DNA of 64,000 bases from Vicinamibacteria bacterium. GTDB taxonomy: Bacteria; Acidobacteriota; Vicinamibacteria; Fen-336. Location: assembly GCA_035577965.1 (NCBI GenBank), contig DATJYX010000078.1, positions 20,590 through 84,589 on the forward strand, in the 5' to 3' direction. Below are positions 39,519 to 48,558 of the stretch, piece by piece. The position numbers were made by a program, and so were the translations under genes. Positions within the stretch are counted from its first letter, which is position 1; every line of letters starts with the position of its first letter. Under the pieces are notes generated by a model. It saw only the letters and a program-made list of their open reading frames with translations, did no database searches and was not told where the DNA came from.

Positions 39519-40388
39519 CTAGCGCCCGGTCGTGAGGGCGTCCCCGGGAGCGATTCCCCTCTCGGCCTTGCCGTAGTCGAGCTCGCTCCCGCGCAGGCTG
39601 TGGGGGACGACGTACACGGCGAGCATGACGAGCGCCGCGAGGACGGCCGTCCCCCGCGCGACGCGGTCGGCCGGGTCCGGCCGCCGCCCGAGGACGACCG
39701 CGGCCGCCACCCAGGCCAGCCACATGGCGAGCGTCTTGTCGTCGGTCAGGTCCCCGCCGAACGGCCACCCCGTCCAGAGCGCGCCGAAGGCGAGCTTCTG
39801 GACGATCGGCCCCAGGACCAGCCCCCCGATACCGATTCCGACCACGGCGACCCACGCGTAGCGCCGGGCCTCGGGCCGGCCGAAGGCGGCGGCGAGGGCG
39901 GCCCGGACGCCGATCATCATCGACAGGAACATGGTCACCACGTGCGGGACGAGCACGAGCGCCGGCACGTCGCCCTTGAAGCGCATGACGACGGGCGCCC
40001 CCTCGGGGACCCGGACCGGGCCCGCGGGCGTCGCGAGCGTCACGTCGTACTCCAGCTTCCCCGCCGGCGGCTGGGTCGGGAGGAGGCCCACGAGCGTCTC
40101 GCCCTCGCGGCTCATCGCGACCTCCCGGAAGAGATCGGCGGTCGGGTAGCGGCGGTAGCGCACGACGCCCGTCACCCCTGGCGGCGCCTGCACCACCACC
40201 ATGAGCGGCTCGCCCGACGTTGCGCTGCGCAGGAGCCGCCACCTCACCGGCCGTCCGGCGACGACGGTCGTGCCGAGGCGCGGGTGCGTGGGGCCGGTCA
40301 GGCGCTGCCAGACCGCGGCGCCCACCATGAGGAGGAGCGCGGCGATCCAGAGCAGGACGGCCGATCGATGGCTTCGCGGATCAGGCAC
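39519..40388 (-). CDS. hypothetical membrane protein (1 TM + periplasmic domain + 4 TM), downstream of znuB-like gene
   Basis: The 289-aa ORF has hydrophobic helices flanking a soluble domain of about 100 aa. No recognised family. Confidence 0.45.
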   Translation of the reverse strand: MPDPRSHRSAVLLWIAALLLMVGAAVWQRLTGPTHPRLGTTVVAGRPVRWRLLRSATSGEPLMVVVQAPPGVTGVVRYRRYPTADLFREVAMSREGETLVGLLPTQPPAGKLEYDVTLATPAGPVRVPEGAPVVMRFKGDVPALVLVPHVVTMFLSMMIGVRAALAAAFGRPEARRYAWVAVVGIGIGGLVLGPIVQKLAFGALWTGWPFGGDLTDDKTLAMWLAWVAAAVVLGRRPDPADRVARGTAVLAALVMLAVYVVPHSLRGSELDYGKAERGIAPGDALTTGR

Positions 40389-40425
40389 CGCCGGAAGGTC
40401 GCACGCGGTCGACGAACAGCGGGCC

Positions 40426-41277
40426 TCAGCCCGGCTGGCCGGACGTCCGCCGGAGAAGCGGTCTCACCGCGGCCATCAGGACGAGGACGAGACCGAAGGT
40501 GCACACCATGGCCGCCCCGGTGGGAAGGTCGAGCTTCACCGAGAGGTAGATGCCGAGGAAGGAGACGACGAAGCCCATCGTCCAGCCGATGGCGAGGCGG
40601 GGGCCGACCCGATCTGCGTAGAGCATCGCCGCCACGGAGGGGACGATCAGGTAGCAGAACACGAGGAGCACTCCCGCGATGAGAACCGACGAGGTCACCA
40701 CGAAGCCGAAGGACGCGTAGAAGAGGAAGTCCCAGAACCTCACGTTGAGCCCGTCGCGCTCGGCCCTCTCGCGGTCCATGGAGATGGCCAGGAACTGGCG
40801 GCGGAACAGGTAGTGGAAGGCGCCGATCACGGCGTACAGGGCCGCGGTCTTGCCCACCTCCCACCACGAGACGGCCAGGATGTTGCCGACCAGCATCTCC
40901 TTGAGGTGCTCGCTCTCCGACGTGGCGTGGCTCATGGCGAGGATGGTGGCCGCCGAGGCCACGGCGTAGGCGATGCCGATGATCGCCTCCTGGGGGATGC
41001 GGGCGCGGCGGATCCTGATCGTCGAGAAGATCGCGGCGCCGATGAAGGTGAAGACGAGACCCATCGGGTAGACCCACGGCCCGTGGGGATCCTGCCCGGT
41101 GAAGGGAAGCAGGATCGCGATGGTGGAGCCGAGGGCGGCGATCTGGGCGAGCGAGAGGTCGACGAAGATGACGCCGCGCTCGACGACGTGGACGCCGAGG
41201 TAGGCGTGGATGCCGGTGAGGATCAGGCTGGCCACGAGCGGGGCGGCCAGGAACCGGAGGTAGTCGACGAAGTCCAT
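40426..41277 (-). CDS. znuB: metal ABC transporter permease (ABC-3, ZnuB/MntB family)
   Basis: The 283-aa polytopic ORF has the ABC-3 family conserved region (GNILAVSWWEV, IVPSVAAML). The start is 1 nt after the znuA-like stop. Confidence 0.8.
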   Translation of the reverse strand: MDFVDYLRFLAAPLVASLILTGIHAYLGVHVVERGVIFVDLSLAQIAALGSTIAILLPFTGQDPHGPWVYPMGLVFTFIGAAIFSTIRIRRARIPQEAIIGIAYAVASAATILAMSHATSESEHLKEMLVGNILAVSWWEVGKTAALYAVIGAFHYLFRRQFLAISMDRERAERDGLNVRFWDFLFYASFGFVVTSSVLIAGVLLVFCYLIVPSVAAMLYADRVGPRLAIGWTMGFVVSFLGIYLSVKLDLPTGAAMVCTFGLVLVLMAAVRPLLRRTSGQPG

Positions 41278-41278
41278 G

Positions 41279-42196
41279 CTATCTGGCTCCCGTTTCCTTG
41301 GCCGCGGCCACCAGCAGGCCGAGATCGTGGTCGAACAACGTGATGTAGTCGGTGACGTCCTTCTCGCCCCCGACCGAGGGCGGCATCACCAGCACCTTGG
41401 CTCCGGTCTCCCGGCCGATCGAGTTCGGTGTCTTGAGGTCGAAGTACGGCTCGACGAGGAGGATCTTCACGTTCTGCCGCTTCATCTCGGCGATGAGGTC
41501 GAGGGTGTGGCTCGGGGAGGGCGGGATGCCGGGGCGGGGCTCGACGTAGCCGACGACGTCGAGTCCGAAGCGGTCGGCGAGGTTGGGCCAGGAACGGTGG
41601 TAGGTCACGATCTTCAGGCCCTTGTAGGGGGCCATCATGGCATCCCAGCGCTTCTCGGCCTCGGCGATCCGCTTGTCGAAGTCGGCGCAACGGGAGGCGA
41701 AGTACGAGGCGTCGCCGGGGGCCATCCGGGAGAGCTTCTCCAGGATGGCCCTTGCGACGCGGCGGCCGTTGTCCGGGTCGAGCCAGTAGTGCGGGTTCCC
41801 GAGCGGGTGCACGTCGCCCATGGCACGGGTGATCTGGCCGGTCGGGATCTCGAGGATCTTCACGGTCAGGGAGGCGTCGAGGTAGCCGTCGGCACCGGGC
41901 TGGATCTTCGCGTTGCGGCTCTGCTGGATGAGCGGGGGAAGCCAGCCGATCTCGAGCTCGCGGCCGACCACGACGAGGAGGTCGGCCTTCGAGAGCTTGA
42001 GGATGAAGCTGGGCTTCGCCTCGACGAAGTGCGGGTCCTGGTAGCCGCGGGCGATCGACTCCACCTTGACCCGATCGCCGCCCACCTGGCGGGTGAGGTC
42101 GGCGAGGTCCTCGGTGGCGGCCATGACGTTGACGGCGGCCCGGGCCGGCGGGGAGGCGGCGACGACGGCGAGCGCGGTGATCGTCAGGAGTCTCAT
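41279..42196 (-). CDS. znuA: metal ABC transporter substrate-binding protein (TroA/ZnuA cluster A-I family)
   Basis: The 305-aa ORF has a signal peptide and ZnuA/TroA-like motifs (YQDPHF, GNPHYWLDP, TYHRSW). It lacks a His-rich loop. Confidence 0.8.
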   Translation of the reverse strand: MRLLTITALAVVAASPPARAAVNVMAATEDLADLTRQVGGDRVKVESIARGYQDPHFVEAKPSFILKLSKADLLVVVGRELEIGWLPPLIQQSRNAKIQPGADGYLDASLTVKILEIPTGQITRAMGDVHPLGNPHYWLDPDNGRRVARAILEKLSRMAPGDASYFASRCADFDKRIAEAEKRWDAMMAPYKGLKIVTYHRSWPNLADRFGLDVVGYVEPRPGIPPSPSHTLDLIAEMKRQNVKILLVEPYFDLKTPNSIGRETGAKVLVMPPSVGGEKDVTDYITLFDHDLGLLVAAAKETGAR

Positions 42197-42208
42197 GGGC
42201 GGCCTCGA

Positions 42209-43597
42209 TCAGAAGGGATGGGCGCCGTGGGCGCCGATCGCGTAGATGAACTGGAAGAGGAACTCGTCCGCCTTGTTCCCTTCCCCGAAGTAGGTGTGGC
42301 GGTACTGGCCGCGGATCTGGCTGAACTCGCTCGGCCAGTAGGTGAGGATGAACGAGCCGCCGGTGTCGCGGAGGCCCGGCGTGAAGGCTCGCTGCGAGTT
42401 GTCGTATCGCACGCCGGCGAACCAGCGCCGGCCGAACTGGTACTCCAGGTAGCCGTAGCCCCCGACGGCGTCCTGCGGTCCGGCCAGGTTCTCGGCCCGG
42501 CTCCACGTCACCTCGCCGCGGGCGATCAGGTGGGTGTAGATGGAGCGTCGCAGCGGCCGCCACCGTAGCGTCGCGTCGACGCCGAGGAGGCGTGTCGTGG
42601 TGTCGGCGGTGACGCCGTTGTGGCCGTAGGCGATCGAGCCACCGAGGTCGAGGTTGGTCGACTCGGAGAGGTCCTGGTAGCCGCGCAGGTGGCCCACGTA
42701 GGCGAGGTCGCCTCGCGTCGGCGCCTTGAAGACCTCCGACTCGCCGCGGTAGACCTGCCCGGTCGCCTCGAGGAAGATCCAGGGGTTCGGGACGAGGCGG
42801 GCGACCGAGATGCCGGCGTCGGAGAGGGCGTCCTCGCCGCCGAGGAGGTTCTTCGACACCAGGGGACGGTCGATGAACGGAAGCACGTGGTTGTGCTGGC
42901 TGTCGACCTTGCCGAAGGCGTCCCTCATCTTGCCGACCTTCAGCAGGAACCCCCCGGGCAGGGTGGGGAAGGTGATGAAGCCTTCCTCGACGCCCACCTC
43001 GTCGGGCCCGACGGTGAAGAAGAAGTCGGCCCGGGCGTAGGGGTCGACGACGGCCTGGAAGGAGATCTCCGACTCGTGCATCTCGAGCGACGGCTCTCCG
43101 CCTCCGGGCGACTTCCCGGCGGCGCCGATGAAGTCGCCGATCACCGCGATGTCGGGGTTGAAGACCTTGGATGCCGAGGCTCCGCCCCCGTAGACGGGGA
43201 GTGCGCTCGGGCCGCCCTCGGTGGCAGCGCCGGGCGGAACGGCCGCCGTCGTCGTCGGCGGCGCCTCGACCGGGGGCGCGGGCGAAGGCGCTGCGGCCGA
43301 GGCGGCCTGGGCGCCTGCCAGCGGCTGGCCCGCGGCCTCGGCGGTCGGCGTCGGAGCGGCCGCGCTGGGCGCGCCACCGCTCTCGAGGGCCGTGATGCGG
43401 GACTCGATGGCGGCGAGGCGTTGGCTGTACTCCTGGCGCAGCGCCTCGAGATCGTGTCTGAGCCGGGCCAGGTCCTCGCTGGCGGGCGTGGCCGTGGCCG
43501 GCGGGCTCTGGGCGGCGGAACTGGAGGGAGGCGGCGCGATCGCCAGAGCACTACCGGCCAGGACGAAAGATGTCACGGCACGGGACCACAGACGCAT
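42209..43597 (-). CDS. outer-membrane beta-barrel (porin-like) protein with N-terminal coiled-coil/Ala-Pro-rich linker
   Basis: The C-terminal 462 aa of track ORF 42209..45760 begin at ATG 43597 with signal peptide MRLWSRAVTSFVLAGSALA. Alternating amphipathic beta-strands and a C-terminal aromatic residue (..AHGAHPF) are typical of OM beta-barrels. Confidence 0.55.
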   Translation of the reverse strand: MRLWSRAVTSFVLAGSALAIAPPPSSSAAQSPPATATPASEDLARLRHDLEALRQEYSQRLAAIESRITALESGGAPSAAAPTPTAEAAGQPLAGAQAASAAAPSPAPPVEAPPTTTAAVPPGAATEGGPSALPVYGGGASASKVFNPDIAVIGDFIGAAGKSPGGGEPSLEMHESEISFQAVVDPYARADFFFTVGPDEVGVEEGFITFPTLPGGFLLKVGKMRDAFGKVDSQHNHVLPFIDRPLVSKNLLGGEDALSDAGISVARLVPNPWIFLEATGQVYRGESEVFKAPTRGDLAYVGHLRGYQDLSESTNLDLGGSIAYGHNGVTADTTTRLLGVDATLRWRPLRRSIYTHLIARGEVTWSRAENLAGPQDAVGGYGYLEYQFGRRWFAGVRYDNSQRAFTPGLRDTGGSFILTYWPSEFSQIRGQYRHTYFGEGNKADEFLFQFIYAIGAHGAHPF

Positions 43598-43823
43598 GTC
43601 TTCCTCGAGCACGGAACCGGAGCCACTCGTGCCCGATCCTGGCGGCGCGCGTTCGTCACGCGCGGCCCTGGACCCGGCGGGGAACCTACGAGAGTCGGCA
43701 CAGGCGGCGGGCGGCCCCCGCCACGAGGCGGCGCGCTGGGGCAGAGAGAAGGGCTCGGTCACCACGTCCGGAGTCCCGAGCTGGAGAAGGCAGGCGTTGC
43801 AGTGCGTCTCGAGGAGACAGACC

Positions 43824-43852
43824 ACTCTATCCAAGGGTCCCCAGCCGGTCAA
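43824..43852 (-). promoter_or_regulatory. sigma70-like promoter TTGACC-17 nt-TAGAGT on the minus strand, overlapping the selD stop codon, followed by a roughly 220-nt leader before the OMP-znuAB genes
   Basis: The -35 (43852..43847) contains the TGA of selD, and the -10 is at 43829..43824. The first downstream start codon is at 43597. Confidence 0.4.
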
Positions 43853-46083
43853 TCGACCTCTCCGCTTCGAGAGAAGACGCGGATCCGGCCCGGGCCGGGG
43901 GTGGTGAAGCGCCCCACGCGCCGGCATTCCTCCACCCCGCGCGCCCGGAGCGCGTGGAGGAGGGCTTCTGTCCGCTCCCGAGGCACGGCGATCAGGAGGC
44001 CGCCGGACGTCTGGGCGTCGGCGAGGAGGACGCGGTCGACGCGGGAGAGGTCGGGCGCCCACTCCACGAAGGGAGAGACGTGCTCGAGGTTGTCGAGCGT
44101 GCCCCCCGGCACGGCGTCGGCCGCGACCAGCTCCCTTGCCGGCTCCAGCACCGGCACCGCGCCCGCCTCCAGCTCGGCGTCGAGGGAGGAGGCCACGGCC
44201 ATCTCCCGCAGGTGCCCGAGGAGGCCGAAGCCGGTCACGTCGGTGCAGGCGTCGGCTCCGACCTCCAGCATCGCCTCGGCGGCGGCGCGGTTCAACCGCC
44301 GCATCGTGGCGACCGCGCGGCGCGCGACCGTCTCGTCGGCCAGGCCGCGCTTCACCGCCGTGGCGAGGATGCCCGTCCCGATCGGCTTGGTGAGGACCAG
44401 CGAGTCGCCCGCCCGCGCGCCTGCGTTCTTCACCACGCGGTCCGGCCGCACCACTCCCGTCACGGCGAGGCCGAACTTCGGCTCCGTGTCGTCCACGGTG
44501 TGCCCGCCGACGATGCAGACGCCCGCCTCCCGCGCCACCTCCGCCGCTCCCTCGAGGATGCGCTCGAGGACGCTCAGGGGCAGGCGGCGGGACGGGAACC
44601 CGACGACGCTCAGCGCGAAGAGGGGCTTCGCCCCCATCGCATAGACGTCGCTCAGGGAGTTCGCCGCGCTGACCGCGCCGAAGTCGAACGGGTCGTCGGC
44701 GATCGGGGTGAAGAAGTCGACGGTCGAGACGAGGGCGAGATCGGGACCGAGCCGGTAGACGGCGGCGTCGTCCGCGGTCGAGGCGTCGACCAGGACGGCC
44801 GGGTCGGTGACCTTCGGCAGCTTCTTCAGCACCTGCTCGAGGTCCTGGGGACGCAGCTTGCAGGCGCAGCCCAGGCCGTGGGTGAAGCGGGTGAGCCGGA
44901 TCGTCTCGTCCCGCCCCTCCACCGCGACCGACGGCCGGGTCTCCGGTCGGAGACGGCGAACGGCCTCGGCCACGATCCCGACCGCCTCGTCGATCTCCCG
45001 CTCCGTCGTGCCCCGCCCCACCGAGAAGCGCAGCGTGCCCATGGCGTAGCGCATGGGCACCCGCATCGCTTCGAGGACGGTCGAGAGGTCGACCCCCTGC
45101 GCGTGGCACGCCGCGCCCGCCGAAGCGGCGAGCCTCTCCCCGATCTCGGCGAGGAGCGTGCTCGCCTCGACCCCTCCGATGCCGACGCTGAGTGTGTTGG
45201 GCAGGGCCGCCTCGACGCTGCCGTTGCGGCGCAGGTCGCCGATCTCCCGCGAGAGCCCCTCCCAGAGTCGGTCGCGCAGGGTCGCGAAGTGGCGGCCGTT
45301 CGCCTCGAGGTTCCTCCGCGCGATCGCGCAGGCCTCGCCCAGCCCCACGATCTCGAGCACGTTCTCCGTCCCCGCCCGGCGTCCCGCCTCGTGGCCGGCG
45401 CCCAGGATGAGCCGCGGCGCTTCCACGCCCGAGCGGACGTAGAGCGCGCCGACGCCCTTCGGCGCATAGAGCTTGTGGCCGGCGAGGCTCAGGAAGTCGA
45501 CCCCCAGCTCGCCGACGTCCACCGGGATCTTGCCCGGCGACTGGGCGGCGTCGGTGTGGACGAGGATGCCCCGCTCGCGGGCGAGGCGGGAGATCTCCGC
45601 GATCGGCTGGATCGTCCCCACCTCGTTGTTCGCGTGCATGATCGTGACGAGGATCGTCTCCGGCGTGAGGGCTCTCGCCACGTCGGCGGGGTCCACGCGG
45701 CCCTCCTCGTCGACGGGGACGCGGGTGATCCTGTAGCCCTCGGCGCCGAGGGCGGCGCACGGCTCGAGGACCGCCGGGTGCTCGACGGCCGAGGTGACGA
45801 CGTGGCGTCCCCGGGCGCGCAGTCGGCGGACCACGCCGAGGATCACCGTGTTGCTGGCCTCCGAGCCCCCGCTCGTGAACACGATCTCCTCGGGCCGGGC
45901 GCCGAGGAGGCCCGCCACCTGGAGGCGGGCCTTCTCTACGGCGAGCCGAGCCGCCGCCCCGTACGGGTGGCTGCTCGAGGGGTTGCCGAAGTGCTCGTAG
46001 AGGAAGGGGAGCATCGCCTCGGCCACGGCGGGGTCGACGGGCGTCGTGGCGTTGTAGTCGAGGTAGATCGGGCGATCGGTCAC
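43849..46083 (-). CDS. selD: fusion protein: NifS-like cysteine desulfurase/selenocysteine lyase (N-terminal) + selenide, water dikinase SelD (C-terminal)
   Basis: A GTG at 46083 (residue 289 of the track ORF) starts a class-V aminotransferase domain (IYLDYNATTP, PLP-lysine SLAGHKLYAPKGVGALYVR, active-site Cys ASAGAACHA). This runs continuously into SelD (TRFTHGLGCACKL with Cys at the Sec/Cys position, DVTGFGLLGHL). No stop separates the two halves. The GTG overlaps the TGA stop of the upstream MBL gene. Confidence 0.8.
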   Translation of the reverse strand: MTDRPIYLDYNATTPVDPAVAEAMLPFLYEHFGNPSSSHPYGAAARLAVEKARLQVAGLLGARPEEIVFTSGGSEASNTVILGVVRRLRARGRHVVTSAVEHPAVLEPCAALGAEGYRITRVPVDEEGRVDPADVARALTPETILVTIMHANNEVGTIQPIAEISRLARERGILVHTDAAQSPGKIPVDVGELGVDFLSLAGHKLYAPKGVGALYVRSGVEAPRLILGAGHEAGRRAGTENVLEIVGLGEACAIARRNLEANGRHFATLRDRLWEGLSREIGDLRRNGSVEAALPNTLSVGIGGVEASTLLAEIGERLAASAGAACHAQGVDLSTVLEAMRVPMRYAMGTLRFSVGRGTTEREIDEAVGIVAEAVRRLRPETRPSVAVEGRDETIRLTRFTHGLGCACKLRPQDLEQVLKKLPKVTDPAVLVDASTADDAAVYRLGPDLALVSTVDFFTPIADDPFDFGAVSAANSLSDVYAMGAKPLFALSVVGFPSRRLPLSVLERILEGAAEVAREAGVCIVGGHTVDDTEPKFGLAVTGVVRPDRVVKNAGARAGDSLVLTKPIGTGILATAVKRGLADETVARRAVATMRRLNRAAAEAMLEVGADACTDVTGFGLLGHLREMAVASSLDAELEAGAVPVLEPARELVAADAVPGGTLDNLEHVSPFVEWAPDLSRVDRVLLADAQTSGGLLIAVPRERTEALLHALRARGVEECRRVGRFTTPGPGRIRVFSRSGEVD

Positions 46084-46928
46084 GCCGCCGCGCCCGCGAG
46101 GTCGAGCCGCAGCCCCTCCCGCGCCACGAGGTTCCCGTCCGACTCCGAGGCGAGCTCGCGCTCGATCGCCGACATCGCCTCGTCGTCGTGGTCCGGGTCG
46201 TGGTGGAAGACGGCCAGTCGCTTCGCTCCCGCCCGGCGCAGGAGGCGCAGGCCCTCCTGCCAGGTAGAGTGGCCCCAGCCCACGCGCGCCGGGAAGCCGG
46301 CGTCGGTGTAGGTCGAGTCGTAGACGACGAGGTCGGCCCCCGCGATCAGCTCCAGCACCCGCTCGTCGGGCCGTCCGGGCACGTGCTCGGTGTCGGTCAC
46401 GTAGCAGATCGAGCGACCGCGGTGCTCGATGCGGTAGGCCGTCGCCCCGTTCGGGTGGTTGAGCGGAGCGGTGCGCGCGCGCAGGCCGGGGCCGAGGTCG
46501 AGCGTCTCGCCGGCGGGGAAGTCGGTGAACTTGAGGCGGGCCCGCATGACGTCGAGGGGCACCGGGAACATCGGCTCGTGCATGTGGCCTGCGATCGCCT
46601 CGCGGATGCCGCCCTCCCCGGCGAGGTGACCGGCGAACACCCGGAACGTGCAGCCGGGCTCGAAGGCGGGAGCGAAGAACGGGAAGCCGTTGACGTGGTC
46701 CCAGTGGGTGTGGCTGAAGAGGATGTCGGCCTCCGTAGCACCCTCCCGCTTGAGGATCTGGCCGAGGGGACGGATGCCGGTCCCGGCGTCGAGGATGAGG
46801 ATCCTCTCGCCCGCCCGCACCTCGAGGCAGCTCGTGTTGCCTCCGAAGACCATGTGGGAGGGCGACGGGCAGGCGATGCTCCCGCGCACTCCCCAGAAGC
46901 GGACCGTCAGGGCCGGCCCTTCCACCAT
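46080..46928 (-). CDS. MBL-fold metallo-hydrolase (RNase Z/ElaC-like architecture)
   Basis: The 282-aa ORF has an HTHWDH metal-binding motif, an N-terminal VRFWGVRGS and downstream His/Asp ligands. It is translationally coupled (GTGA) to the NifS-SelD gene. Confidence 0.75.
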   Translation of the reverse strand: MVEGPALTVRFWGVRGSIACPSPSHMVFGGNTSCLEVRAGERILILDAGTGIRPLGQILKREGATEADILFSHTHWDHVNGFPFFAPAFEPGCTFRVFAGHLAGEGGIREAIAGHMHEPMFPVPLDVMRARLKFTDFPAGETLDLGPGLRARTAPLNHPNGATAYRIEHRGRSICYVTDTEHVPGRPDERVLELIAGADLVVYDSTYTDAGFPARVGWGHSTWQEGLRLLRRAGAKRLAVFHHDPDHDDEAMSAIERELASESDGNLVAREGLRLDLAGAAA

Positions 46929-46934
46929 GCGCCG

Positions 46935-48458
46935 ATGATACCCCCACGACCAGGCGCGATAATCCGGAGCCGAGCGAGGACCGCCCTGGCCAGGACCCAC
47001 GAGCCGACGGAGTCGGTCGCCGCCCTCCGGGACGCAGTGGCCGTCTTTCTCCTGGCCGCCGCCGCGGCGGTCTACGGCGGCGTCAATCACTACCGCCTCG
47101 CCCACTTCTATCCGCTCGAGTGGGACCTCGCCATCTTCGAGCAGGGACTCTCCCGGCTGACGCGCCTCGAGGCGCCGATCGTCACCGTGCGCGGGATGAG
47201 CCTGTTCGGGGACCACGCGAGCTTCGTCCACGTGATCCTCGCCCCGCTCGACGCGCTCCTCGGTCCGGCGCTCGGCCCGCACCTGCTCCTCCTCGTCCAG
47301 ACCGCCGCCCTCGCCCTGTCGGGCGCGCTCCTCTTCGGCGTCGCTCGTTCCCGTCTTCCCGCCCCTACGGCCCGTCTCGTCCTCGCCGCGTACCTCCTCT
47401 ACCCGCCCCTCCAGCACACGTGGCTCGAGTATTACGAGCCCGTGAACCTGGCCGTGCCCTGCCTGATCGGGGCCTGGGTGGCGATCCGGGAAGAGCAGGA
47501 CCGCGCGGCCCTCCTCTGGTCGGGCCTCGCCCTCCTCACGATGGAGAACGTGGCCCTCACCGTCGCCGCTCTCGGAGGCCTGGCACTCGTGCGGGGCCGG
47601 CGGCGGCTGGGCGGCGTCCTCGCCGGGGGAGCCCTCGGGTACGTCCTGCTGCTGATGGCCTTCGTCTTCCCGCGCCTCCACCCGGGCGGATACGTCTACG
47701 GGGAGCGGCTCTACGGGGACTTCGCCACCGACCTGCCCGGCGCCCTCGCCTATCTCGCGCGCCCCGACCGGCTGCTCGGGCGGCTCGCGGCGGAGGGGAA
47801 CGCGACCTACCTCGCCGGCCTCCTCCTGCCCGCGGGCTTCCTTCCCCTGCTCGCCCCGGGCGCGCTCGTCCTCGCCGTTCAGCTTCCGCTGAACATGATC
47901 TCGTCCTGGCCCTACGCCCGGGAGATCCGCTACCACTACGTCGCGCCGATCGTTCCGTTCGTCTTCCTGGCCGTGATCGAGGCTCTGGCCGCCCGCCCGG
48001 CGGGCGGCCGCGGTCGCCGGCTCGGCGTCACCCTGCTCGTCACGGGCACTCTCGCCGGCCAGTGTCTCTTCGCCTCGCCCTGGCTCACCTCGACGCGCTA
48101 CTGGCGCGGGCTCGCTCGGGACGCCTCGGAGAGGCAGGAGACGGCGACCCTCCTCGCCCTGGTGCCGAAGGAGGCCTCGGTCTCGGCCCAGTACCGGTTC
48201 CTGCCGCACCTGGCCCGGCGCCGGCAGCTCTACATGCTCCCCGATCTCGGCCCCGGCGCCGGTCCCGACGCCGTGGTCGTGGACATCGCCGAAGCGCAGA
48301 GGAGCGACCGCGATCGCGAGGCGCTCCGTCGCGTCCTCTCCCGCTGCCGCGAGGCCGGGCGCACGAGCGGGGGCACGGCGCTCCTGTGGTGCGAGGAGGC
48401 GCCCCCGGCACGCGGGCTCTCGCCCCCGACTGCAAGACCGTCGGCCCCTCCTCGCTGA
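46935..48458 (+). CDS. DUF2079-like polytopic membrane protein
   Basis: The C-terminal 507 aa of track ORF 46188..48458 start at ATG 46935 (Met250). There are more than 10 TM helices and a C-terminal soluble region. The start is uncertain because it lies only 6 bp from the divergent MBL start. Confidence 0.5.
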   Translation: MIPPRPGAIIRSRARTALARTHEPTESVAALRDAVAVFLLAAAAAVYGGVNHYRLAHFYPLEWDLAIFEQGLSRLTRLEAPIVTVRGMSLFGDHASFVHVILAPLDALLGPALGPHLLLLVQTAALALSGALLFGVARSRLPAPTARLVLAAYLLYPPLQHTWLEYYEPVNLAVPCLIGAWVAIREEQDRAALLWSGLALLTMENVALTVAALGGLALVRGRRRLGGVLAGGALGYVLLLMAFVFPRLHPGGYVYGERLYGDFATDLPGALAYLARPDRLLGRLAAEGNATYLAGLLLPAGFLPLLAPGALVLAVQLPLNMISSWPYAREIRYHYVAPIVPFVFLAVIEALAARPAGGRGRRLGVTLLVTGTLAGQCLFASPWLTSTRYWRGLARDASERQETATLLALVPKEASVSAQYRFLPHLARRRQLYMLPDLGPGAGPDAVVVDIAEAQRSDRDREALRRVLSRCREAGRTSGGTALLWCEEAPPARGLSPPTARPSAPPR

Positions 48459-48482
48459 TGACTCGTCGGATCGTCCCCGATC

Positions 48483-48518
48483 CCGCAGATCGCTCGTTCT
48501 GGCGAGCGCGATCTGCGG
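48483..48518 (+). other. GC-rich imperfect hairpin (14/16-nt arms, 6-nt loop) between the DUF2079 stop and cbiM
   Basis: ccgcagatcgctcg-ttctgg-cgagcgcgatctgcgg. There is no U-tract. It may act as a terminator, an operator or an RNA stability element. Confidence 0.35.
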
Positions 48519-48558
48519 CCGCGGGACGGCCGAGGCGTCCTGGGAGACAATCGCGGGG

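Noticed and set aside
48459-48558. Cobalamin riboswitch upstream of cbiM
   Set aside because: The region is only about 100 nt and lacks the B12-box (GCCACTG-like) element. It contains a simple hairpin instead.
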